From positions 1 to 37,618 of the forward strand of contig JANRJA010000237.1 of assembly GCA_033764315.1 (NCBI GenBank): a DNA stretch of 37,618 bases. Reading direction: 5' to 3'. A program made the translations under genes and the position numbers. Shown here piece after piece: positions 1 through 9,532 of this stretch. Origin of the DNA: Oculatellaceae cyanobacterium bins.114. GTDB taxonomy: Bacteria > Cyanobacteriota > Cyanobacteriia > Elainellales > Elainellaceae. Each line of letters begins with the position of its first letter. Within the stretch, counting starts at the first letter, position 1. Under the pieces are notes generated by a model. The model was not told the DNA's origin. It searched no databases and saw only the letters and a program-made list of their open reading frames with translations.

Positions 1-40
1 TTTTGAGATGGGTTTGGTAGGATGGAGGCAATATATTCAT
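1..40 (-). CDS. IS4-family transposase, first 13 codons only
   Basis: Reverse complement of 40..1 is ATG AAT ATA TTG CCT CCA TCC TAC CAA ACC CAT CTC AAA; open to the window edge. Confidence 0.65.
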   Translation of the reverse strand, partial: MNILPPSYQTHLK

Positions 41-139
41 TGGGATAGGTCTGCCTAAAAAACGACCTATCCTTTTTTACTAGATTTTGCTCAAATTGTT
101 ACCCGATCAGCCTTAGAGCTGTGTTTGTCACCCCGTCAG
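1..139 (-). mobile_element. End of an IS4-family insertion sequence (continues off the left edge)
   Basis: Minus-strand ATG at 40 reads MNILPPSYQTHLK, resembling the recalled N-terminus of cyanobacterial IS4-family transposases (MLPxFYQTHL). There is a ggataggtc/gacctatcc hairpin at ~43-72 and a putative terminal IR ttgtcaccccgtcag at 125-139, after which cas3-like codons (xRFFKI) begin. Confidence 0.7.
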
Positions 140-2394
140 GTCGCTTCTTCAAAATTGGAGCGAAAGAAAGACAGCATCAATTTTTACTCAATCTCCAGGT
201 TGCAGCACCGTTTCATGATGCTGGCAAAGCAAATGAAGACTTTTTGGCAGCAGTCCTAACACCAGGATTCAAACCTCAGACACTTCGCCATGAACATCTC
301 AGTGCGTTGATTCTCTGTCTGCCACAGGTACGAACTTGGTTGGCTCAGAACCCTTTGTTGGATGTGGATGTCATCACAGCCGCTGTCTTGTCTCACCACT
401 TAAAAGCTTCTAGGGGAGAAGTCAGTATTAATGGCAAAAACTATAAGTGGTGCCAACCTCAAGCGGGAAAGCTGAACCAAACAGTCGAGCTTTATTTGCA
501 GCACGAAGAAGTTACCAGAACATTAGAACAAATTGCAGCGATCGCTGACCTCAAAGGGATTCCTGAACTACCTACGGTTCCTTGGAAGTCCAGTGGTTCT
601 ATGTGGGACAAAGTTTACCGAGAGGGTATCAAGTCAGCCAATGACTTTGAAGATGATATACAAGACGATCCAGAGCGGCGATCGCTTCTCCTTGCGGTTA
701 AAGCAGCATTAATGGTATCTGATGCCGTTGCTTCGGGACTTGTTCGAGAAGGTTACGAAATTGCCGACTGGATTGAGGAAGTGGCTCATTCCACAGCGAT
801 CGCCCCTGACGAAATTGCTGAAAAGATCATCAATCCTCGTATCAAACAGATTGAGAAAAAAACGAAAACAACGTTTACCTATCAAGCTTTTCAGGAACAA
901 GTGGCTGAACAAGGTTCAAAAACTTTGCTCTTAGTTGCTTGTGGTGCTGGCAAGACTTTAGCTGCCTGGAAATGGGCAGAGCAGCAGATTAAGGAATACG
1001 AGGTTGGAAAGATTATTTTCCTCTACCCAACGCGCGGCACTGCAACAGAAGGCTTTCGAGATTATGTGGGCTGGGCACCGGAGGCTGATGCTGCCTTGGT
1101 GACGGGCACAGCTCGTTACGAGTTGGAAGCGATGGCAGAAAATCCTAGCGATGCGATCGCTGACAAAACCTATCGCTCTGAAGCAGACGAAAGGCTCTAC
1201 GCATTAGGCTTCTGGCAAAAGCGGTTTTTCAGTGCCACAGTCGATCAATTTCTTAGTTTTATGGAGCATAGCTACCAAAGCCTATGCTTGTTACCCGCCT
1301 TAGCTGATAGCGCTGTCATTATCGACGAGGTGCATAGCTTTGATCGCTCCATGTTTGATACGTTGATCAGTTTCTTAAAGACTTTTGATATCCCTGTCCT
1401 CTGTATGACGGCAACGTTGCCCAAGTCCAGGCGAGATGAACTAATCGACGCTGGGTTAAAAGTGTTTCCGACAGAAACCGATCGAGCCAGTGAAAGCCTA
1501 AAAGATTTAAGGGATAAAGAGCAGCGTGATCGATATCTGCTAGAACCTGTCCAAAACTTCACTGAAGCCTTTGACAAAGCAGTTGCAGCCTATCAGCAAG
1601 GGCTGAGAGTTTTATGGGTTGTCAACACTGTAGACCGATGCTTGGCGATCGCTCAAAGGTTGGATGAAGAGTTAGGGGTTGAAGTCTTGACTTACCACAG
1701 TCGATTTCGGCTCTGCGATCGGCAAAAGGTTCATGCTAAAACGGTTGACGCTTTTACCTTTCCCGAAAATGATGACCCCAAACCAGCGATCGCTGTAACG
1801 ACTCAAGTTTGTGAAATGAGTTTGGACTTGGATGCTGATGTCCTTATCAGCGAAATTGCTCCAGTGTCAGCATTAGTTCAACGTTTCGGTCGGGCAAATC
1901 GCCATTTAAGGCGTTCCTTTGCGACCCTCCATCCTTATATGCCACCAAAGCATCATCCTTATCAAAAGGAAGACTTAGAGATTGCAAAAACGTTTCTAGA
2001 GAGCTTAGGTACTGACCTGATTAATCAGCATCAGTTGGCGATCGCTTTGGAGCACTATGCTCGTTCTGAACGCTCTGCTGCTGTCGGCTCCTCATTCCTC
2101 GATGGTGGCTACTTTGCAATTCCTGGTTCCTTTCGAGACACCGATGAATTTGCAGTACCTTGCATTCTTGACTGCGACTTTAAAGCTGTGGAGGAACTAA
2201 TAAACGATCGCCAACCCTATGACGGTTTCAAACTAAACGTGCCTCATAAGTGGGTCAAAGCCTGGTTGGAGGACGGTAACACTCGCCCCACTTGGCTACC
2301 TAAGTATCTCCATGTTGCAAGTGGAGATTCAGAGCGATATAGAACGGACCGAGGATTTATCACGAAATCTCCCAAGGAGGTGAGCCTTGGCTAA
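140..2394 (+). pseudogene. cas3: CRISPR helicase/nuclease Cas3, probably 5'-truncated by the IS (the ORF-track start, GTG 121, lies inside the IS end)
   Basis: HD motifs FHDAGK, RHEHLS, SHH; Walker A ACGAGKT; DEVH; MTAT; QRFGRANR. The usual N-terminal AKS...H segment is missing. Confidence 0.85.
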
Positions 2395-4072
2395 AGCAGG
2401 AACAAAGCCAACAACTGTTGAAACGCTTGCGCTGAACTACCAATTAGCTGAACTACCTTCCTCTCAGCATCGGGCAGGATTGGCAGGGCTAATACTGATT
2501 ATCAGGTGGTTAGAGCGACAGGCAGAAGATTCGCATTTCAAGCAGCAGGTGAGAGATGGAGCAATCTGTAAAATTCAACGACTCGACGATAAGGGTGCAA
2601 CTCTTGAGCTGAACCAAGCAGGCGTAGAAGCTTTATTTGATGAAATCTATGCTGCTAGCAATGAGGAACAAGAGCGCAATCAGGTTCTCAAAAATGCTCG
2701 AACAAAGGCAGTCATCCCACCTCTACGTGAGGAGGAACACGAAGAGGTTGATGCTAAGGGCAAAACGAAAACCAAGAAGGTTTATATCTATCCTGTCGTT
2801 GTGCCTAAAGGTTCGTTCCTCGCAGATCCTAGCTATGACAAGAGTTTTGAGGGCAAAAATGGACACTGGATTAAGCTTTGGCGAGATATGGTCTGGAGTA
2901 TCTTGCGGGGAGTCCCTGCCACTCGTAAACCTTTTGAAGCTAGAGCAGAGGGGGCTTTTAACGATGATGCAGTAGCAGTTTGGAAACAACTTACCCAGCC
3001 TGAAGATTTTACTGTAGACTTGCCCAGCACCTATTTCTTAGGGGCGCAAGCCAACAATGCAGAAAATGTGCCGTTCAAGGATCGAGCCAGGTTTCAGTTC
3101 TTGTTGCACTTTTGGTTATTTGCTGCTCAAATTTACGTTCCAGCCGTACTGAATAACGAAGGAAAACGTGATTTTGTAGGCTATGCATTAGCCGTTCCAG
3201 ATGTTGCTGACCTTAAACGCTTCTGCGATCGCTTACCAAAAGTATTGGCAGAACGTGGCATTGAATTATCTGGCTACCGCCCTCGTAATTGCATTGTAGA
3301 TGTAGCCATTGAAAGTGCGCTGGATTTAATGCGGCGGTTAAGCGATCGCCTCATTCAAACAACTGGTGAGCAGAGAACTGCTTCAACGGTTTTAGGGATT
3401 GATGTCATTCACACCGAGAAGCAAGGAAATAATGTTCGCGTTTTAGGGGTATCTAGACTCCAGCCAGAAGATGCAATGGTCAATGAATATGTACAAATTC
3501 GTGACAGCTTCTGGCATCCTCTTTTCCGCAGACAGTGCCTGTTAAATCTAGTGAATCATCAGCCTTGGTATAGCGGATTTGATGCAGTACTTTGCACATT
3601 GCCCTATGAGCAAAGCATTGAGAATGAGTACTTTCGGCGGGATGTGCGAGAAAAAATTAAAGCTTTGATTGCAGAGGACGTTCACATGGAAGAAACAACA
3701 ACAGCAAATGCTTCAACCTCTATTGAACCATTGGTCTTTCGGTTAGTAGGAAACTATGTATCCCGAAAATTGAAAACTAAATATGACTTGGAATGGAAGC
3801 CAGAATGGAAAGGTCTAAAAAATGAAGAATTGAGTCAGAAGGCTGACTACAAGAAGTATGCCGAGATGAAGGCAAAAGTTGCTAAATCTGCATTTTTAGA
3901 TGTTCGTAGTCGCACTGAGCAGATGGATTTTGTCAATTACTTTGTCTCCAGTTTGTGTTCAGTTCCACAGCACATGAAATCTGAAGACTTTGTTGATCTA
4001 ACAAAAGCGTTGTACCAGGAAACTGACAAAATCCGAACGCTCACTTTACTCGCCCTATCTGCTAACAGCTAA
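2387..4072 (+). CDS. cas8: Type I-B/I-MYXAN large subunit Cas8 (Cmx1/Cmx8-like)
   Basis: 561 aa with LPSSQHRAGLAGL and WRDMVWSILRGVPATR motifs; overlaps the cas3 stop and precedes cas7. Confidence 0.9.
   Translation: MAKAGTKPTTVETLALNYQLAELPSSQHRAGLAGLILIIRWLERQAEDSHFKQQVRDGAICKIQRLDDKGATLELNQAGVEALFDEIYAASNEEQERNQVLKNARTKAVIPPLREEEHEEVDAKGKTKTKKVYIYPVVVPKGSFLADPSYDKSFEGKNGHWIKLWRDMVWSILRGVPATRKPFEARAEGAFNDDAVAVWKQLTQPEDFTVDLPSTYFLGAQANNAENVPFKDRARFQFLLHFWLFAAQIYVPAVLNNEGKRDFVGYALAVPDVADLKRFCDRLPKVLAERGIELSGYRPRNCIVDVAIESALDLMRRLSDRLIQTTGEQRTASTVLGIDVIHTEKQGNNVRVLGVSRLQPEDAMVNEYVQIRDSFWHPLFRRQCLLNLVNHQPWYSGFDAVLCTLPYEQSIENEYFRRDVREKIKALIAEDVHMEETTTANASTSIEPLVFRLVGNYVSRKLKTKYDLEWKPEWKGLKNEELSQKADYKKYAEMKAKVAKSAFLDVRSRTEQMDFVNYFVSSLCSVPQHMKSEDFVDLTKALYQETDKIRTLTLLALSANS
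3686..4072 (+). CDS. cas11: Probable internally translated small subunit Cas11 (128 aa, in frame with cas8)
   Basis: GAGGA at 3674-3678 lies 7 nt before an in-frame ATG at 3686, at a linker before the C-terminal domain. Internal Cas11 translation is established for types I-B, I-C and I-D. Confidence 0.7.
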   Translation: MEETTTANASTSIEPLVFRLVGNYVSRKLKTKYDLEWKPEWKGLKNEELSQKADYKKYAEMKAKVAKSAFLDVRSRTEQMDFVNYFVSSLCSVPQHMKSEDFVDLTKALYQETDKIRTLTLLALSANS

Positions 4073-4098
4073 TTCACTCTACTTGGAAGGTAATTCTC

Positions 4099-4989
4099 AT
4101 GAACAAGAACCTATTTGCTACAGTTTTGACCTACCCTGCTCCTAGCTCTAACTATCGGGGTGAGAGTGAGGAGAATCGTACCGTGCTACAAAAGATTGCT
4201 AAGGGCAATAAAGAATATACGGTGATCAGCCCTGAATCCATGCGGAATGCCTTGCGGGAAATGTTGATTAAAGCTGGAATGCCCTGCAATCGCACTCGTT
4301 TGCACAATGAAGACCAGCTTGCAGTCGAGTTTAAGGAGTTTCCCAACGCTGAGAAGTACGCAGATGATTTTTTGTTTGGGTATATGGTTGCCGATAACGA
4401 GGCAATCAAGAAAAACAAGGGTACACCGTCAAAGCGGGACAGCATCTTACGGATGAACTTGGCTGTTGCTCTGACTCCTTATCGTTTTGATGCAACTTTC
4501 CACCAATCCCCCCTCAATGCAGGTGCGAGTCCCTGGAAAAACTCATCAACATCTGCCCTCTTACATCGAGAGATTGCCCATACCGCCTACCAGTATCCCT
4601 TTGCACTGTCATCCTCTGACTGTAAAGCAAAACCAGATTGGACAAAGGCACTGCTGAATGCGATCGCCCAGTTATCTGACGTAGCAGGCGGTCATGCTCG
4701 TAGCTATTACGAAATGGCTCCAAAGAGCATCGTGGCTCGTCTCACTCCTAGCTTGGTCGCTGGCTACGATACCTATGGCTTTAATGAACAGGGTGGCTTC
4801 TCAGAACTGGAACGGATTAGCGCCAGTGACCTTCCTGGTGAGGAATTCTGGATTGGTGGCGAAATTGTCCGGAATATGAAGCCTGAACAGCGGCAATACT
4901 TAACAACTCAAAAGGCTCATCTCTACGAGAACCCACAAAAGCTACTGGTAGACTTGGCAGCGGCTTTCCTAACAACGGAGGCAGCTTAA
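4099..4989 (+). CDS. cas7: Cas7/Cst2/DevR backbone subunit
   Basis: 296 aa with NYRGESEENRTVLQKI, DDFLFGYM and VAGGHAR motifs; operon position. Confidence 0.92.
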   Translation: MNKNLFATVLTYPAPSSNYRGESEENRTVLQKIAKGNKEYTVISPESMRNALREMLIKAGMPCNRTRLHNEDQLAVEFKEFPNAEKYADDFLFGYMVADNEAIKKNKGTPSKRDSILRMNLAVALTPYRFDATFHQSPLNAGASPWKNSSTSALLHREIAHTAYQYPFALSSSDCKAKPDWTKALLNAIAQLSDVAGGHARSYYEMAPKSIVARLTPSLVAGYDTYGFNEQGGFSELERISASDLPGEEFWIGGEIVRNMKPEQRQYLTTQKAHLYENPQKLLVDLAAAFLTTEAA

Positions 4990-5700
4990 ATGGAGTGCTT
5001 ATGGCTCCGCATCCGTGCCCCCTTTGCAGCATTTCGCGGCTTCCAGGCAGGTGTTTATCGCGCAACGGCTCCAGTAATGCCTCCCTCTACAGCATTTGGG
5101 TTAGTGCTGAATTTGGCAGGGATTGAAATGCGAGATACCACGAATCGCCCAACGACTCTCATTCGTTCAGACCTACCTTGTTTGAAGCTGGCGATCGGCA
5201 CTGTACCGGGTACTGATAGTGAAGTCTGTACACTATACCAACAGCTTCATAGTTACCCTGTAGGTGCTTCTGGAAAAGAGTTGGCTGCTCGAACGCATGG
5301 TGCAAAATACTGGATTGTGCCAGTTCGTCGAGAATTTCTGGTGGGACTGGATATGGTGTTGGGGGTTCAGGCAGAAGCACAATTGCTTCAGCAAGTTCAA
5401 CAGGGATTACGAGGGGAGTTAGATAAGCCTCGCTATGGTCTACCTTTTGCGGGAGACAATAACTTCCTATTCGATCGCATTGATATTCTTGATGCTCCTC
5501 CGCCAACTCTTTGGTATGTCCAAATGCAATCGGATGATCCACCGATGCACGGTTCCTATCGCTTAACCGTTGGCATCAATCGCGCCGATAACAGTAAAAC
5601 AACTAGTTTTCTCTATGCACCTCTAGAGGAACCTAGCAGTGAACCACCGGAAACTGCATGGACATGGACACCCAAACAACCTGAAATGGCTGTAGTCTAA
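4990..5700 (+). CDS. cas5: Cas5/DevS
   Basis: N-terminal LRIRAPFAAFR...PPSTAFGLVLNLAG Cas5 signature; YGLPFAGDNNF. Confidence 0.92.
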   Translation: MECLWLRIRAPFAAFRGFQAGVYRATAPVMPPSTAFGLVLNLAGIEMRDTTNRPTTLIRSDLPCLKLAIGTVPGTDSEVCTLYQQLHSYPVGASGKELAARTHGAKYWIVPVRREFLVGLDMVLGVQAEAQLLQQVQQGLRGELDKPRYGLPFAGDNNFLFDRIDILDAPPPTLWYVQMQSDDPPMHGSYRLTVGINRADNSKTTSFLYAPLEEPSSEPPETAWTWTPKQPEMAVV

Positions 5701-5787
5701 TCAGCGATCGCCAAAAAAGGCAAATCATAATTACTAATTTTCCAAGTTTTGAACCTTGAAAACTAAATATGATCACAATGCAACCTC

Positions 5788-5822
5788 CCAGCAAACCTTA
5801 GATGCCGTTAGGCGATTTTAGG
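5788..5822 (+). repeat. Solitary degenerate CRISPR repeat
   Basis: ccagcaaaccttagatgccgttaggcgattttagg matches the array repeat at 20 of 23 positions over repeat positions 5-27; the GCC-N4-GGC hairpin is kept and the 3' 8-nt handle has diverged. Confidence 0.8.
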
Positions 5823-5888
5823 GAGGGGCAACACTCCTATCAATGAGCATTACACTAAAAACAACACCTTCGATCGCCCGATCGCCCT

Positions 5889-6443
5889 ATGGTTCACATT
5901 ACCGATAAACAGCTCACCCTGGAAGAATTTTTGGCATTGCCCGATGGCGATGTCACCTACGAACTGGTTAATGGAGTTGCAATTCCAAAAGTGTCGCCTA
6001 AATTTTTTCATTCCACCGTTCAAAGAAACCTACTCTTCCTGCTAGATAGCTGGTGTGAAGACAAAGGGCGGGTTGTTCCAGAATGGGCAATTACTCTCAA
6101 ACGACACGGAAAAGATTGGGTGCCTGTTCCAGATCTGACTTACATTTCATTCGATCGCCTTCCAGCAGAATGGGTTGAAGATGAGGCGTGTCCCGTTGCA
6201 CCCGAGTTGGCGATCGAAATTATTTCTCCAGGGCAAACCTTTGGTGAAATGGTCGAAAAAGCGATTAATTATTTAGAGGCAGGAGTTCAGCGCGTTTGGG
6301 TGATTGATACTCAAGCCAAGAATCTTACCGTTTTCTATCCCGATGCCCCACCCCAAACTTATACAGGTGAAATGCTGTTGGCAGACTCGCTCTTTCCGGG
6401 GTTACAACTGACGGCTCAAGCTATCCTTCCTTCGCAGAAATAG
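5889..6443 (+). CDS. Uma2-family (PD-(D/E)XK) endonuclease
   Basis: LTLEEFL, YELVNG, VPDL, PELAIEIISP and VQRVWVID motifs. Confidence 0.9.
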   Translation: MVHITDKQLTLEEFLALPDGDVTYELVNGVAIPKVSPKFFHSTVQRNLLFLLDSWCEDKGRVVPEWAITLKRHGKDWVPVPDLTYISFDRLPAEWVEDEACPVAPELAIEIISPGQTFGEMVEKAINYLEAGVQRVWVIDTQAKNLTVFYPDAPPQTYTGEMLLADSLFPGLQLTAQAILPSQK

Positions 6444-6533
6444 TTTGTGTGTAACTCCCTAACAGAAGTGGGTTACATCGCCCTCCTAGTGGCTCTCTAG
6501 TATGATAAGCGTGTACCCATTGAGATAAATGCC

Positions 6534-7157
6534 ATGATGCAGGCATTGTCTAAATCCCTGAGTTTTGATGAATTCATGGCATGGTATCCAGAGCAATCGG
6601 AATACCGCTATGAGTTGCATGATGGAGTCGTGATTGAAATGCCGAAACCGACTGGCAAGCATTCAGAAATTGCCGGATTGATTGCGGCTGAATTAAACTT
6701 TGAAATTCGTCGTCAGCAGTTGCCCTATCTAATTCCTAAGGAATGCATTGTCAAGGTTGACGAATCTGGGTACGAGCCAGACGTGATTGTTTTGAATCGT
6801 CCAAACCTCACAAACGAACCGCGTTGGGCGAAAGAGTCAACTATCACCCAGGGACAATCGGCAAAGCTTGTGGTTGAGGTGGTCAGCACTAATTGGAGTG
6901 ATGACTATGCACTCAAACTCGAAGATTATGAAGCGTTAGGAATTGCGGAGTACTGGATTTGTGATTACCTGGGATTGGGCGGCAGGCGGTTTATCGGCTT
7001 TCCCAAGCAGCCAACCTTTTCGGTCTACTGCTTGAAACCATCTGGCGAGTATCAACTTCAGCAATTTCGAGGAGAGGAGGCGATCGCTTCTCAGATCTTT
7101 CCACAGTTACACCTCAGCATGGCTCAAGTGTTAGCAGCTGTAAGCCAGTCATCCTGA
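6534..7157 (+). CDS. Uma2-family endonuclease
   Basis: YELHDGVVIEM, YEPDVIVL, LVVEVVSTNW and YEALGIAEYWI motifs. Confidence 0.9.
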   Translation: MMQALSKSLSFDEFMAWYPEQSEYRYELHDGVVIEMPKPTGKHSEIAGLIAAELNFEIRRQQLPYLIPKECIVKVDESGYEPDVIVLNRPNLTNEPRWAKESTITQGQSAKLVVEVVSTNWSDDYALKLEDYEALGIAEYWICDYLGLGGRRFIGFPKQPTFSVYCLKPSGEYQLQQFRGEEAIASQIFPQLHLSMAQVLAAVSQSS

Positions 7158-7316
7158 GCCACGAGTGATCTTTAATACGGTTGTTCTTCGTAGAGATTAT
7201 CGAAATACACTCGTACTGAAGCAGCAAAGTCAGGTAGGAACTCGGAATGCGATCGCCAGAGCATGGCAGTACAGATCGAGTAGAGATGTTTATCTACCCT
7301 CTACCGAGAACTGGAA

Positions 7317-8981
7317 ATGCTGTCACACCCGATCGCACTACTCGAAGTTGAGCCGCAGGAGCCGTTGCGAGTCAACGCATTGCACGCTCTAGCCTACTGT
7401 CCGCGTTTGTTTTATCTCGAAGAGGTTGAAGAACTCTATACCCAAGATGCCGCTGTATTTGCGGGGCGACGGCTCCATGTAGAACTGGAGCGCGACGAAG
7501 ATGGCACATGGGAGACGCTAACCCTTGAAGATGAGGCATTGGGATTACGAGGTAAGGTTGATGCCTTGCGATCGCGTAATGGGCAACTGATTCCCTACGA
7601 ACACAAGCGTGGGCGCTGCCATCGAGGAGCCAATAATGAAGCCCAAGCATGGGAGAGCGATCGCCTGCAAATTCTCGCCTATGCTTGTTTGATTGAAGCG
7701 GTTTTAGGAGTCACGATAGCCGAAGGGCGCATCCGTTATCACGCTGATAATGTGTTAGTCAAAGTTCCATTGGATGATGAGGCGCGACAGCAAGTCCAGG
7801 ATGCCATTCACAGGGCACAGCATTTGCGACAAAGCACCGAACGCCCACCCATTGCCAATAACGAGCGGCTATGTGGTCGCTGCTCCCTTGCCAGTGTGTG
7901 TTTACCTGAAGAGACACGCTTTGCTCAAGACCCAGACCATCAACCCACACGGCTGTTTCCAGAGGATGACGAGCGCGAAATTTTGCACGTTTTAGAGGCA
8001 GGTACGAGAGTCGGCAAAAGTGGAGGACAAATCAAAATTACTAAATTAGATGGCTCTGCTACGGGTCTACCTGCCCGTCAAGTAGGTCAACTCGTCTTAC
8101 ATGGGGCTGTGCAGGTTTCAACTCAAACGCTGCATTTTTGTGCAGAGCAGGAGATTGGGGTGCATTTCCTCTCAGGTGGTGGTAAGTATGTCGGCAGCTT
8201 TGATACTCGTGCTGGCAGTATTCAACGTCGCCTTCGCCAATATAAAGCATTGAGTGATCCAGAGTTTTGCTTGAAGTTGGCACGGCAACTAGTGACGTGT
8301 CACGGGCAGAGTCAACGCAAATTTTTGATGCGGGGGCTGCGAAATACTGAATCTGAAAAACTAGAGTATGCCATTGAGCAGATTCAAAAACTGCTGAAAC
8401 AGGTGAATGAAGCCCAATCTATCGCCTCGCTATTAGGTTATGAGGGCAACATTGCGAGACTGTATTTTGACGCATTGCCGGAGCTATTAGGTGACAGTAT
8501 TCCTGAAGAGTTCCAATTCAGCGATCGCAATCGTCGCCCACCCAGAGATCGGTTCAATTGCCTGCTCAGTTATGGCTACTCACTGCTGCTCAAGGATGTG
8601 ATGAATGCCATTCTGGCAGTTGGGTTAGAGCCTGCTCTGAGCTTCTACCATCAGCCCCGCACTCAAGCGCCACCTCTGGCTCTGGATCTCATGGAAATCT
8701 TTCGAGTGCCGCTGGTTGATTTAGTCGTGATGGGATCTGTCAACCGGGGACAGTGGCAAGTAACTGAAGATTTCGACATCAAGGGGGAACAGGTCTTTCT
8801 CAGTGATAGTGGTCGTCGGAAGTTTATTCAACTCTATGAGCGCCGCAAAGAGGAAAGCTGGAAACATTCGATGTTGGGCTATTCCTTGACATATCGCCGC
8901 TTGCTAGAGCTAGAAGTGCGTCTGCTGGAAAAAGAGTGGACGGGCGAAGGTGGTTTGTTTGCCCAACTCGTGATTCGCTAA
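7317..8981 (+). CDS. cas1: Cas4-Cas1 fusion
   Basis: The N-terminal Cas4 part has YCPR, GKVD, EHK and CxxCxxxxxC. The C-terminal Cas1 part has GYEG, RNRRPPRDRFNCLLSYGY, FYH and LALDLMEIFR. Confidence 0.95.
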   Translation: MLSHPIALLEVEPQEPLRVNALHALAYCPRLFYLEEVEELYTQDAAVFAGRRLHVELERDEDGTWETLTLEDEALGLRGKVDALRSRNGQLIPYEHKRGRCHRGANNEAQAWESDRLQILAYACLIEAVLGVTIAEGRIRYHADNVLVKVPLDDEARQQVQDAIHRAQHLRQSTERPPIANNERLCGRCSLASVCLPEETRFAQDPDHQPTRLFPEDDEREILHVLEAGTRVGKSGGQIKITKLDGSATGLPARQVGQLVLHGAVQVSTQTLHFCAEQEIGVHFLSGGGKYVGSFDTRAGSIQRRLRQYKALSDPEFCLKLARQLVTCHGQSQRKFLMRGLRNTESEKLEYAIEQIQKLLKQVNEAQSIASLLGYEGNIARLYFDALPELLGDSIPEEFQFSDRNRRPPRDRFNCLLSYGYSLLLKDVMNAILAVGLEPALSFYHQPRTQAPPLALDLMEIFRVPLVDLVVMGSVNRGQWQVTEDFDIKGEQVFLSDSGRRKFIQLYERRKEESWKHSMLGYSLTYRRLLELEVRLLEKEWTGEGGLFAQLVIR

Positions 8982-8991
8982 GGGAGACATC

Positions 8992-9285
8992 ATGGCAGAG
9001 TCCAAAAATTTCTATATGATTTGCTATGACATTCGCGATCCAAAACGCTGGCGGAAAGCTTTCAATCTGTTGAAGGGGTATGGCGAGAGTTTGCAGTACT
9101 CCATCTTTCGCTGTCGGCTCAGTCAACGCGATCGCGAACAACTGCGCTGGGAGCTAGAGAAGATCTTGACCCCTGAGGATAGTCTGCTCATTGCTGGATT
9201 GTGCAACCAATGTGTAGAACGTATCCAGGCTTGCAACCGCCCGGAATCGTGGACAGTCGAGCAGGAAAAAGTCCGAATTTTTTGA
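8992..9285 (+). CDS. cas2: Cas2
   Basis: 97 aa with YMICYDI and LQYSIF motifs. Confidence 0.95.
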   Translation: MAESKNFYMICYDIRDPKRWRKAFNLLKGYGESLQYSIFRCRLSQRDREQLRWELEKILTPEDSLLIAGLCNQCVERIQACNRPESWTVEQEKVRIF

Positions 9286-9532
9286 TGCAAGGATCACTGC
9301 GTGTCAGATTCAATTGTTTGGGAAAAGAGGCGATCGCCTCACTGTATAAAGATTTGAGGCTCTGAGTAGAACAAACCAATGCTTGCAAACTCCACAGGCT
9401 TGATGCTGTGTTCATTTTCATCCGAGCCTCTAGTAGTACAATGGGAACAATTGGGGACAGTTGGTTCCAAGGAATTCACACCTTGCAAAACTACCCAGGA
9501 AGCCTCTCCTGAAGAGGATTTCCAACCCCGCT
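9286..9532 (+). promoter_or_regulatory. CRISPR leader
   Basis: Non-coding stretch between cas2 and the first repeat; the degenerate repeat is at the far end of the array. Confidence 0.7.

Noticed and set aside
7165..7392. 75-aa ORF before cas4-cas1
   Set aside because: It overlaps cas1 out of frame and has no recognisable features.
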